Positions 1 to 10,505 of a stretch of DNA of 64,000 bases are shown here, one piece after another. Source of the stretch: Eukaryota sp. TZLM1-RC (Eukaryota > Protista > Metamonada: BaSk clade). Under the pieces are notes generated by a model that searched no databases, was not told where the DNA came from, and saw only the letters and a list, made by a program, of their open reading frames with translations. The DNA is taken from positions 1,127,658 through 1,191,657 of the forward strand of contig JAUPSS010000011.1 of NCBI GenBank assembly GCA_040285825.1, in the 5' to 3' direction. Within the stretch, counting starts at the first letter, position 1. The number at the start of each line of letters is the position of its first letter. Made by a program: the position numbers and the translations under genes.

Positions 1-369
1 GTAAAATCAATCGATTATTTTGGAGCTGCAAGGTAGCGTTGGTGACAACTAGAAAGTTGTTTAGATAGATTTGCCAACTTGTTTTTCTTCATGTGGATGA
101 TCCAAATTTGAAGAGAAATCTTGCTAGATTACACAATATTCAAAACACAGTTTGAAATACAGTGTGAGTCATTAAATGATGACTTGACAACAATAAAAGA
201 AATATCGTGTAATTGGTCAACACAGTGGTGATCACATGTCCTGGTTGAATCAAATTGTTTAGGCATATTGGAATTTCATTGTTTTCAATAGCCTTGTATG
301 AATTGTTGCTTTTCGTTTCACATAGTAATATAGAATAACTGATATCTTAATACCGTGTTAATAGGGCTT

Positions 370-1270
370 TCTGATGAAAAGTATATTGAGTATTTAATCA
401 ACAACAACTTTGTTTTTGCAAACTTTTTGATTGATCTTGAAGACAGTTGCCCAAGTTGCCTAATCTCCCAAATTCCCAACATTTATGGCCTTCTTCTGAA
501 TGATCACCAATGGACCACTGCAATGAGAATGAGATGTTTTCTATGGCCTTGTTCATTACCAAATGATTTAATTTGTCGCTGCAAGAGTGTTGTTACGTTT
601 TCCCATATTTTAAACTGTAAGTATTTTATAACTTATCGCTCAATTGTTAATGACTCAGTTCGTGATCAATTATATGCCATGTGCAAAAGTTTCAATATAG
701 AGGCATTTATTGAGCCACTAGTGCGTAAGCTGTCTTCAGATCAAACTGATGATCTCTTGGGTAAAAGGAGGGCAGATTAAGTAGCTCCAGGGATCGATGG
801 TGTTCTCAATGTTGTAGATGTTGTCTCAGTTCATGTTTGCAAAAATTCTGCTGCTCTTTTAGTGTTTTCCGCTGATTCGTCGCTGTCTAACGCCGAAGAA
901 AGAAGATAAAAAATATGAAGAACCTTTGGCACAATTAGGTAGAGTGGAATATGTGAAATATCAGTTTGTGCCGTTTGCAATTTCTCATTTTGGCAATATT
1001 GGACCTTCAGGGTTGCACTTTTTTGAAAATTTTAAAAAGGTGTTACTGAATAGGTCTGGTAAAACAATGAACTCCACTTTCTGGTTAAATAGAATTGTTT
1101 TTTGCTTTTTCAAGTCTATTCCAACAATGATTTCAAAGGCACTTTTAGCTATTGGTGTAGAATATGAACGTCATGCTGTGAGTAGGTTCAGTAATAGTGA
1201 CGCTTGTTTGGAGGATCTTGAATTCTAGATGGGTTTTTTTATCTCAATATATATTCCAGTTTTAAAAAAT
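370..1270 (+). mobile_element. 5'-truncated RLE-type non-LTR retrotransposon, family B (zinc knuckle + endonuclease), disrupted
   Basis: CRCKSVVTFSHILNC (CCHC knuckle), NDSVRD, RRAD, VVDVVSV, AE.KKY, FVPFAISHFG; in-frame TAA at 778-780 and a frameshift near 900; ends ...CLEDLEF TAG at 1228. Confidence 0.85.
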
Positions 1271-1439
1271 CAACAACAAATTATCAAAAGCATTCCTGGC
1301 AATTGTTTGGATCAATTCAGTATATCAATCTAAATGACTTCACATTCCAAATATTGAATGAATTGACTTTGTGTAGTTCGTGAAGAGGGTGATGGGTAAA
1401 TATCTTTATCATGTATGAAAAATTTACTGTTTGAGTGAC

Positions 1440-2432
1440 AACTTCGGTTTGATCAAATTCCTTTGAATGAATCACATCCTTTATTAATTTCTCTTGAAAA
1501 AATGGTGCAAGAACTACCTGTTGATTTTTGGAATAAGAGTTTTCCTTCAAGTTTGCCTGCTGTGCCTTCGAGATCTTTCACCAACCTTCATCTTGCTGTT
1601 GTGAAATTACAGAAGTCTGTTCTTATTGTTTTTGAAGACCTGGATTTTTCTAAACGACTTAGTGTGACTAAGATTAATAATCCCGTCTTTGCTGCCTTTG
1701 TATCAGACATTCAGAACTGTACTAGTTTAATATCTCAGCAACCAAGGCCATTTGGTCTTCACTTAACAAATGAAGCTTGGAAACAAAACATGCTGTTGAG
1801 ATTAGGGATGTATCCAAGTGGTCTTTTGGATAATTCTTATTGCATTTGTAACAAAAAACCTACTGCCAATTTCCGTCATATTGTGAGCTGTAGAAAATTT
1901 CTCCAATATAAGTCAGGTCAGTTCCTCATAATGCAGTTTCTGATGTGGCATATGAGATGTTTAAGTGTTACAATTTTAGTTGCAAAGTAAAACCGTTGTT
2001 GAAGCATTATAGCGATAATTATCTATTTAATTCATGTCGAGGTGATTTAATCGCTCCTTTTCTGGAGTCCTCCCAAGTTGTTGTTGATTTCACTACAGTT
2101 GAAACCTTCGCTTTTATTTATCGTGATGATGTTTTACCTAGTGCTAATGGTCATTTAAACAAGGCTGAAGATCGTAAAAAGGATAAATATACTGAGACAT
2201 TAAATGAGTTAAATAAGAATCATTACTCAAAGTTTTCGTTTGTTCCATTTGCCTTTTCTATTTTTGTCAACATTGGACAGTTCGCCTTGCATCTTATCAA
2301 TGATTTTGGTAATTTGTGTCGTTCAAGTGGTAACAATTTTCGCTGTATACAGAAGCGCTCCCAAATAATTTTGTTTCTTATGTGCTTCAGTTTGATTTGA
2401 TTCTGGGTAGAAAATCAATATTGTTGTTAAAA
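1440..2432 (+). mobile_element. 5'-truncated RLE non-LTR retrotransposon, family A, internally deleted 3' variant
   Basis: CICNKKPTANFRHIVSC knuckle, CRGDL, VVVDFTTV, AEDRKKDKY, FVPFAFSIF; near-identical to the 3' half of 20337-22367; frameshift from a GTCAG duplication near 1912. Confidence 0.9.
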
Positions 2433-3238
2433 ATACCCGAATGTCCCTCTGTTTATGGACTTTTGTTAAAAGACAATGAATGGCTTCTAAACATGCGTTT
2501 TCGTTGTTTTCTGTGGCCAAACAATTTGCCCAATCATTTAACTTGTAAATGTGGTAAACCTCTTTTGTTTACTCATCTTTTGAACTGTAAACATTTCATT
2601 ACGTTTAGAAGCAAAGTGCATAATAACGTCAGGGACCAAATTTATGTAATGTGCAAATCATATCGAGTAGATTCCTTTTTAGAACCGCTGTTATGAAAAT
2701 TAATTCTTGATGATCCCAATATTGATAGTACACGTTACAACAGAGCTTCTATGGGTCTGACTAGAGGTGATCTAGTTGTTCCTGGTTTAAATGGTAGTTT
2801 TACTATTTTGGACGCCATGTCTATTGACCCTTGTAATTCCTCTAACGTACATTTCATTAACTCGGATGTAAATAATCCTCTTCTTGCAGGCGAAAAATAT
2901 AAAATTGCTAAATATGCGAAACCCATTTCCTCGGTTAATGAAAATTCTCATGCCCAATATAATTTATGTCCATTTGTTTTTTCTTTGCTTGGATCTCTAG
3001 GTAAGGCAAGAACTGGAAGAATTTTCAATCGTGTTTACTGGCAAAACAGGATTGTATTTTCTATTTTTAAGGGAATGGTAACACTAATTTCTGATTCACT
3101 ATCTTCTTTTGGGAAATTTTCTGAATCTTTAGCGATTAATTGTTTTGATGTAGGGGAGGCAGGTTTTGAGGATGTGGAGTTTTAATTGTGTATTTCATAT
3201 TTGTTGTTGAATAAAAATAAAATAATTGAAAAAAAAAA
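2433..3238 (+). mobile_element. 5'-truncated RLE non-LTR retrotransposon, family C, with A-rich tail
   Basis: CKCGKPLLFTHLLNC knuckle, HNNVRD, TRGDL, LDAMSIDP, GEKYKIAKY, LCPFVFSLLG; premature TGA 2694-2696; 45-bp deletion versus the 26336 copy; ends AGFEDVEF TAA then AATAAAAATAAAATAATTGAAAAAAAAA. Confidence 0.85.
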
Positions 3239-3392
3239 TTTTCACAAAAGGAAATTTTTGCGAATAACACGCAAAATCAAGATCCACAAAAACCTAAAAT
3301 GCCCAATCTTCAGAATCACCCTCATTGATCAAGCACCATGCAGTCAGACCCGGAAAGTGGAAACGGAAATGCTGGCTCCCACTTTCGGGTCC
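3239..3392. repeat. ~150-bp double-hairpin 'hub' element (first of 11 copies)
   Basis: Copies start near 3240, 3912, 27185, 28400, 29615, 30832, 46108, 46762, 60573, 61764 and 62996; contains TTTTGCG-N7-CGCAAAA and GACCCGGAAAGTGG(G)A-N14-TCCCACTTT(C/G)GGGTC inverted repeats. Confidence 0.9.
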
Positions 3393-3406
3393 CCTGTTGC
3401 CCCTTT

Positions 3407-3705
3407 AAGCAAAGACTTCATACACCTGGACCCGATTATTACAATCCAGGACTTCCCTCCAAGCAAACCTTCGGCCAATCACGCCTTTCCACAGCTCCTC
3501 CCCGAACAACCTTCTATTCCCACGCCTCCACCGCCCCAGCAGTAGGCTCATATAACACGTAACCCACTCAATAGAAATTCGTATGGATGAAAATCCCCAC
3601 TCTCCACACCCCTGCCCCTGGTTCATATGACATGTCACTTGCCACATCCAAACCTTGCTCCTCTCTTTGCTCCAGATTTGTTAGATTTCAACAATTCAAA
3701 GTTTG
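3407..3705 (+). pseudogene. Fragment of an STPG/ODF3-like (SHIPPO, PGP-repeat) protein gene
   Basis: Translates LHTPGPDYYNP...APAVGSYN and, after a break, LHTPAPGSYDM...CSRFVRF; these resemble sperm-tail PG-rich repeats (TPGPGxY). Confidence 0.55.
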
Positions 3706-3780
3706 AAACCAGAAGTTTGAAAATAAATGAAGATAACTGACAGATGTCGAGGGAGTAGTAAGCAAACTTGAAAGAAAACG

Positions 3781-3910
3781 CTTTTGGGAAATTTTCTGAA
3801 TCCTTAGCGATTAATTGTTTTGATGTAGGGGAGGCAGGTTTTGAGGATGTGGAGTTTTAATTGTGTATTTCATATTTGTTGTTGAATAAAAATAAAATAA
3901 TTGAAAAAAA
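3781..3910 (+). mobile_element. Short 3'-terminal fragment of family C with A-rich tail
   Basis: Near-identical to 3105-3238 (GKFSESLAINCFDVGEAGFEDVEF*). Confidence 0.85.
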
Positions 3911-4068
3911 ATTTCTCACAAAAGGAAATTTTTGCGAATAACACGCAAAATCAAGATCCAGAAAAACCTAAAATGCCCAATCTTCAGAATCACCCTCATT
4001 GATCAAGCACCATGCAGTCAGACCCGGAAAGTGGGAAAGGAAATGCTGGCTCCCACTTTGGGGTCCCC
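3911..4068. repeat. Hub element copy that continues into the 3' flank of RCC1-LRR gene 1
   Basis: Same sequence as 3239-3392; long hairpin at 4021-4065. Confidence 0.9.
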
Positions 4069-4264
4069 TTTTGCCAGAAGTGCAGCAGATGGGATTCGAC
4101 CCTGTTGCCAAAGCAGAGAACGAAGAGCAAACCCACTGGACTACGATGTTGGCAGTTATGAATGTTGTTTTTTCTAGTTTGTATTGGGTTTTGATTTGTG
4201 TTGGTGTTGGACGATTTTTGTAATTGGTTTTGTGTTGATAATAAAAGTGATTGAAATGTGTTTA

Positions 4265-7200
4265 TTAAAGAATAATTTGGAGAGAAGGACGATTAGATTC
4301 TATTTGTTGAAGTTTGGATTTGGTTGAATTGCTAATGTTGGTGCGCCTAAGATTCAATTCAGTCAGAGTGGAATTGCTCTCCAGAGCACGGGCGAGAGCA
4401 CTAGCGCCTTCATCAGTAATGTAGTTGTCCCCAAGATCCAATGTAGTCAGAGAGGAATTGCTCTCCAGAGCACGGGCGAGAGCAATAGCGCCTTCATGGC
4501 CAATGCGGTTGTTCTGAAGATCCAATGTAGTCAGAGAGGAATTGCTCTCCAGAGCACGGGCGAGAGCAATAGCGTCTTCATCGGTAATGTTGTTGTACTT
4601 AAGATCCAATGTAGTCAGAGTGCAATTGCTCTCCAGAGCACGGGCGAGAGCACTAGCGCCTTCAGCGGTAATGTTGTTGTACTTAAGATCCAATGTAGTC
4701 AGAGAGGAATTGCTCTCCAGAGCACGGGCGAGAGCACTAGCGCCTTCATCGGTAATGTCGTTGTACTCAAGATACAATGTAGTCAGAGTGGAATTGCTCT
4801 CCAGAGCACGGGCGAGAGCACTAGCGCCTTCATCGGCAATTTTGTTGTCTTCAAGATGCAATGTAGTCAGAGTGCAATTGCTCTCCAGAGCACGGGCGAG
4901 AGCACTAGCGCCTTCATCGGCAATTTTGTTGTTTTCAAGATGCAATGTAGTCAGAGTGCAATTGCTCTCCAGAGCACGGGCGAGAGCACCAGCACCTTCA
5001 TCGGTGATTTGGTTGTTGTGAAGATCCAATGTAGTCAGAGAGGAATTGCTCTCCAGAGCACGGGCAAGAGCAAAATGGCGATAATAATAGGGATATTTAA
5101 AACACCAAGGAAAACAAGATAATTCAACTAAATATTCATTTTTGATTAATTTAGTTGCTTTAATAAGACCTTGATTATAAAGTTTTGTTGGAGATAGGGA
5201 TGATATCGACAGATCGTCCTCATGTCCCAGCAATTGAATAAACTCCAAAGAGGGAAAACTTTGTTCAGTGATATTGGTATCAATTGCTTCATGAATTATC
5301 AATTCCTTAATGCTTGGTAATTCAATTTCAATATTGACAGAATTTCTCAACCAAACTTCCAATATAGTAATGGAAAGAGGCAAAGGAATTTGTGCTTCTA
5401 ATATTCTTTCTGAAGAAGAACCATCAAATAAGACCAGCTCTTTCAATATTGTAAGATAGCTTAAATCAGTAAACTTAAAGTTACCTTTAAGCACCAACTT
5501 CACTAGTGAAGGGGGTAATTGTTCTATAATGAATGAACAATTAAGCTCCAGAAACTTGAGATTTGATAAATGTGTCAAGTTTAAGGATAGCCTTCTATTA
5601 TGTCTTGACTTTGCACCAAGCTTAACAACCTCAACAACTGGGAAAAATGACAAGAACTGTGGATCAAATACATCTGTATCATAGTAAAAATCAAGATGTT
5701 TAATTCGACTATTAATAACACTGGGACCATTGAAAGCAAATGATAATTGCAATTGTAAATCCCAAACATAATCATTGAGATTTAAATGTTGTGGATTTTT
5801 CAAAAATTCAAAACAATTGATCACTTCTTTAGAAAATTTAGCGACCTTCTTACTCACTGAACATTTGGTATAGAATCTGGCTTTTGTATATGGATGGTTA
5901 CCAAACAATTTTTTCAAATATTGTAAATATTCAAAGTAAATTAATCTGATTAGACCACTAAACATGCTATCCATGGTTTGTATTGGATCAAGAAAAGTTC
6001 CAAGTATTTCTGAACCAAATGATAATTTGGCAGGTTGAAATCGATCAATCAAATCACCTGTACCTAATTGACCTTTATCGTTTTTTCCCCAGGCCCAAAC
6101 AGTGTTTTTGTTGTAGGCAAAAAGGAAGTCTCCTCCTAAGGAAACACCTTCTATATTGGTGAAAGCTTCTATGCATCTTGGTTGCTCACTATATTCATAA
6201 AGACGACTGAATCTACTCAACCTACCCCAAACAAAAACTTTACCATCAATATCAGTGGCAGCATAAATATCATTGTAACCAATAATAGAGACAATATTAC
6301 TCAACCCTAAAACTTTTGTGGGTTTGTTATCGAAAGAATCATCATCTTCCTTGTCAAACCTCCAAACATCACCATTGAAGTCAATGACAAACAAAGAAGT
6401 GTAATCAAACAAAAAAGAACTCCATGATGGTTTGGTTGGCAAAATGTACTTGTCAACTGGAATCTTAACAAATGAACCATACTGAGTACTATCAGAATCA
6501 TCATTTGTAAGAAGGAAGAAGTTGACATCTGAGTCAATTGCAACGATTGAGTTCCCAGCAGCAGAAATAAAAACAATGGTAGACCTGTTGAGTCCTTGTA
6601 TTGGCTTAAAAGTACCATTACCTAACTGAATAACTTTTCCTTCTGCAGTCAATCCAAATGATTCTGAAGAATTACTGCTACTGCAAATTTCCTTGAAAAA
6701 ATAAGGGCTGTTGATAAGAGTAATTTTTGGTGGCATATTTACTGCATGATCATTACCCCGATTACCCCAACCATACAACAAGCCATCAGAAGAAAGGGCA
6801 CAGCAATGGTCCCGGTCAGCTGAAATGTAAATTATGTTGTTGATTGGAAGTTTAACTGGTGATTTGAATATTGCTGGTCTATTAAGAGGAACATGACCAT
6901 AACCAAACCTCCCCCAAGCATAAACTTCACCAGAATAGGTGAGAAGCAGTGAGCAAAAATAACAACATGAAATGGACTTAACCCCACCCATTCGTTCCGA
7001 TCGATCGGGGAAGTGTGCTGGTTGTTGGTCACATGGAGAGGGGTGATCTAAAAGAGGATCTGACGGGGCATGCTGTAGAGGACATCCATTATGTGCATTT
7101 GAGTCGGGTGTTCGGTCGGGTTGTGGATCGGAAGAATGGGGAGGAGAGGTGGATTGCGGAGAACTACATGGTAAGTCTGAAAATAGACAGTGATGAACTG

Positions 7201-7450
7201 AGCAATGAGAGGGAGATCGTAATTCTTCATCAATATTGGAGGAGAGTTCCGTGGTAGTTAAGATGGAGTCATGGGAAACATCGAAAGCAGGCTGCGAGAA
7301 GCTATTTTGGCTTCCCACTGGTTGAAATGCAACCGGGGCTTCAAGCTCGTGATTGAGAGGAGGGTTTGGGCAACCTCGATCATTGCTCTCCTTTCCAAAA
7401 CACGAAATGCTAGCGCTATCACCAGGCAAACTATCTTGGTTTTGACGCAT
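4265..7450 (-). CDS. RCC1-like repeat + LRR protein, paralogue 1 (1061 aa, 9 terminal 28-aa LRR units)
   Basis: Uninterrupted ATG-to-TAA ORF; RCC1/BLIP-II motifs (GEVYAWG, DGLLYGWG, DGKVFVWG, VWAWGKNDKGQLGTGD); central degenerate LRRs (LPPSLVKLVL); RNI-like repeats ALARALESNSTLTTLDLxxNNITDEGAS. Confidence 0.9.
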   Translation of the reverse strand: MRQNQDSLPGDSASISCFGKESNDRGCPNPPLNHELEAPVAFQPVGSQNSFSQPAFDVSHDSILTTTELSSNIDEELRSPSHCSVHHCLFSDLPCSSPQSTSPPHSSDPQPDRTPDSNAHNGCPLQHAPSDPLLDHPSPCDQQPAHFPDRSERMGGVKSISCCYFCSLLLTYSGEVYAWGRFGYGHVPLNRPAIFKSPVKLPINNIIYISADRDHCCALSSDGLLYGWGNRGNDHAVNMPPKITLINSPYFFKEICSSSNSSESFGLTAEGKVIQLGNGTFKPIQGLNRSTIVFISAAGNSIVAIDSDVNFFLLTNDDSDSTQYGSFVKIPVDKYILPTKPSWSSFLFDYTSLFVIDFNGDVWRFDKEDDDSFDNKPTKVLGLSNIVSIIGYNDIYAATDIDGKVFVWGRLSRFSRLYEYSEQPRCIEAFTNIEGVSLGGDFLFAYNKNTVWAWGKNDKGQLGTGDLIDRFQPAKLSFGSEILGTFLDPIQTMDSMFSGLIRLIYFEYLQYLKKLFGNHPYTKARFYTKCSVSKKVAKFSKEVINCFEFLKNPQHLNLNDYVWDLQLQLSFAFNGPSVINSRIKHLDFYYDTDVFDPQFLSFFPVVEVVKLGAKSRHNRRLSLNLTHLSNLKFLELNCSFIIEQLPPSLVKLVLKGNFKFTDLSYLTILKELVLFDGSSSERILEAQIPLPLSITILEVWLRNSVNIEIELPSIKELIIHEAIDTNITEQSFPSLEFIQLLGHEDDLSISSLSPTKLYNQGLIKATKLIKNEYLVELSCFPWCFKYPYYYRHFALARALESNSSLTTLDLHNNQITDEGAGALARALESNCTLTTLHLENNKIADEGASALARALESNCTLTTLHLEDNKIADEGASALARALESNSTLTTLYLEYNDITDEGASALARALESNSSLTTLDLKYNNITAEGASALARALESNCTLTTLDLKYNNITDEDAIALARALESNSSLTTLDLQNNRIGHEGAIALARALESNSSLTTLDLGDNYITDEGASALARALESNSTLTELNLRRTNISNSTKSKLQQIESNRPSLQIIL
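4330..5075 (-). repeat. 84-bp LRR tandem array, 9 units
   Basis: Backbone AATTGCTCTCCAGAGCACGGGCGAGAGC (+ strand) recurs every 84 bp. Confidence 0.95.
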
Positions 7451-7744
7451 TATAGAGAGGTTGAGACGAAGAGAAATTTATTGAAAAGTGAAATTTGTCC
7501 AGACACTGGGTGTTTGCTGAAAGTTTTCTGAGATTATTTCTTCTAAGGGTCCACTTCACAAAAGAACATAATTGCCACTTTGGCCGCAAAACCATCGGAT
7601 CCAAGATTCATCCGATTCTGAGTCAGATTCATCAGACCACCAGCGATGGGTCGGTGATTCGCCGCGAATAAAGTGGCGGGTGCAGACGTATTGTGTGTGT
7701 TAAGGAGTTCAGGTGTGGATGGCTTAAAAACTTTGTGAAGGATC

Positions 7745-8108
7745 AATTTTTTTATTTATTGTTTCTCAGTATCTTTTAATCAATAACAAATATGAAAACA
7801 TCCACATCCTCAAAACCTGCTTCCCCTGCATCAAAATTTTCAACTGCCAAAGATTCGGGAAACTTCCCAAAAGAAGATTCTGGATCAGAAGTTAGTTTCA
7901 ACATTCCCTTAAAAATAGAAAATACAATCCTGTTTTGCCAGTCAACACGATTGAAAATTCTTCCAGTTATTTCCTTTACAACTACAACAAAATCCTCAAG
8001 AAAGATCATAGCAGAATTACCTGAAGATACAAGCAAAGAAAAAACAATGGGATATAAATTATATTGGGCATGAGAATTTTCATTAATCGAGGAAATGGGT
8101 TTCGTCAA
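7745..8108 (-). mobile_element. Diverged family-C 3' fragment, minus strand, upstream of gene 1
   Basis: KPISSINENSHAQYNLYPIVFSLL...RIFNRVDWQNRIVFSIFKGM...AGFEDVD followed by an A-rich tail. Confidence 0.85.
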
Positions 8109-8360
8109 TGCATTTAGCAATTTTATAATTTGAACAATGTGGACATGTGAGTATTGTGAGATAACGACCAAAATGGCCAATGAACATTCCTTCATACCTA
8201 ATTTCAATTTCCCATTGATCAACATCACTCCATGCCATTTCACACAATATATTTCACATATTTGTTACGATCTATATGTGCCCCATCTAGACCACCATTT
8301 ATTACTCAATTTTGGGCATATCGTGCTACATAAGAATCCCCATAATGAAAATGGCACTTC

Positions 8361-8510
8361 AAGCAAAGACTTCATACACCCGGACCCGTTTAGTACAATC
8401 CAGGACTTCCCTCCAAGCAAATCTTTGGCCAATCACGCCTTTCCACAGCTCCTCCCCGAACAACTTTCTCTTCCGACGCCTCCACCGCCCCAGTAGTAGG
8501 ATCATATAAA
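8361..8510 (+). pseudogene. STPG/PGP-repeat gene fragment (second variant)
   Basis: Homologous to 3407-3556; LHTPGPV*YNP with an in-frame TAG. Confidence 0.5.
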
Positions 8511-8527
8511 CTACCACTGAGAATTAG

Positions 8528-8683
8528 ATGGAAACTCTCCCCGATAACGACTTTGGTTGTTCCACATGTGCTTTCATCATTGGTGCCTTGGAAGCCAAAC
8601 TTGACGATGATGCCACCCGTGAAGAAATTCGTGAAGCTCTCATGCATGTCTGTAAGAATGAACAACTTTCTGACGCATTATAA
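8528..8683 (+). pseudogene. Truncated saposin-B (saposin-like protein) domain, not in the ORF track
   Basis: Manual translation METLPDNDFGCSTCAFIIGALEAKLDDDATREEIREALMHVCKNEQLSDAL*; CxxC...T.EEI...L..VC spacing matches the first half of a SapB domain. Confidence 0.65.
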
Positions 8684-9203
8684 AAATTGTGATGATGCGC
8701 GAAAAAGATAAATTTGACATGTTTTGCTCTCAATTTAATTGATTGCTTGCTCTCTGAACTCTGGAGTAAATGGTTCATAGACAATGTGCAGGAAATACAA
8801 TAAAAAACTTATTAATGTGAGGTATTGTGTTGAAAAATTGCAACCAAAGTTAACAATAACACTTTGCGGTGTAAGGTTTATACTGTAAACAATGGGAAAC
8901 CGTGAACATATTCCAGCAGTTACAAATTAAATCATTTTATGACGAACACGGCCATAAACATCATCTCATTGTTATAATCGTAGTTCGTTGACATTATAGG
9001 AGGACGTCGAACTTTTCAAAGCAAAATGATGCTGTATGGTTAGACATTGTACAGAATAGAGATAAAAGATTAAGGTATTTATTCAATTTCACTGGCCCTA
9101 ATAAAGGCCGGTGAATCATTCCACACATGTACTGTTGAAGAAGTAAGTCCAACCAACAAAAAAGATCGTTTTTTCATGAGAAACATCTAGATCGTAGTGA
9201 GTA

Positions 9204-10500
9204 TCAATTTGAGAGGGTGATGGTGGTTATCTGAATCTTTAGGAGGAGTCGGACCGCTTTGAGCACTATCCTAGTTTGAAGTACTAAGTGGATGTGAAAA
9301 GCCATGTGAATTTTCAGTTGATGGGTAAGAATGCGAAACAGGGGGCTCATGTGTGTTAGGTCACATATTAGATCCTTTTTGTAAACTACCAAATGGACTG
9401 GATGATGTTGCAGATGTATTACCAACTGGAGCACTTGTTGAGGGTTGGTTTAATGTAGATTTTGAATTGGAATGTGTTGACATGAGATCGAGGAACTCTT
9501 GGATATTCAGAATACCCCCACTGTCTTCATTAAAACTGTCAATAACCACATCCCTTTCGCTAGATTCAATATTGGTGTTTTCATTATATTCTGACCTCGA
9601 ATCATCTATGAATGATATAAATTGATTATGCCATTTCTTAAATTTATCACATTCTTCACATGTTATATGCCTTTTTTTAATATATTTTCAATAAATTGAT
9701 CCAATTCATTATATCGACTATGTAACCATGTTCTTTCTCCATCAATATGATCCATTTGATTCTTTATAGTATTCAAATAGTCAACTAAAGATGAATCAAT
9801 ATATTCCGCAAGGGAAGTTACAATGTCAACAAAAATTTCTTCAATTTTATTAATAACAGCTTGAATATTAACACCATCTTGATTTTGTAAATTATTAATT
9901 AATGTCATAAGTTCTTCGATTTCATTATCTTTTTTTAATAATTCACGACGAACACTTTCATTTACTTCAAAACTTTAGCTTGGCGTTCGTAATTTAAATC
10001 ATCAATATGTTTTTAAAATTCTTGTTTCAACCTCGTTATGGGTCTCTAGTCTTGATGTTCTAATTGATCTTTTGTTCAATTAAAGTTATTTTCATTTATT
10101 TGATTTTTTTGTTTTCAGATGCTGCATGTCTTGGACATGATTGAATTTTTAATCACTTATTTGGTAATCATGATCGAATTTCAATTTCTGTATTTCCACA
10201 TTATGTTGACTTTCCATTACTTTAATTGCATCTTCTGACATTGTTTATAATGTTGCTCCCTTTCATTTTGCGTAATCTTCATATTTTTGTTAACCTCATG
10301 TAGTTTAGCTTGTGCAATTCCACAATTCAAATCAGCACTTCCTCAATTTGATTCACGCATATGTTCTTGTAGAATAAGAAAATGGTTTGCTGTCAATTCA
10401 CGAATATTATCTTGATTTTTCGAATTACACTCATGAAATCTGTTGTCTTATTAAGCTCTTCTTTTAATGGGTTATTAATGTTATTCATATTTTTGAGTCG
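9204..10500 (-). pseudogene. Possible fragmented gene of unknown function
   Basis: Consecutive minus-strand ORF pieces 9663-9908 and 9361-9549 with protein-like composition; unique within the window. Confidence 0.3.
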
Positions 10501-10505
10501 AATTA

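Noticed and set aside
150-340. Possible decayed RING-like motif on the minus strand (IPICLNNLIQP...CDHHC) next to the E2 copies
   Set aside because: Needs frameshifts and lacks most ligands; too weak to support
3186-3545. ORFs spanning C tail + hub + STPG (also 3932, 3999, 27095, 46055)
   Set aside because: They cross module junctions, often use non-ATG starts, and differ between copies; not credible genes
4330-5075. CRISPR-like look of constant repeats with short variable segments
   Set aside because: Period is 28 codons within a long ORF, variable parts are homologous to each other, and there are no cas genes
4496-5122. Plus-strand ORFs over the LRR arrays (also 31234-32088, 47164-48606), e.g. 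RARARALAPSS repeats
   Set aside because: Antisense shadows of a stop-poor 84-bp repeat; the minus frame has the canonical LRR pattern
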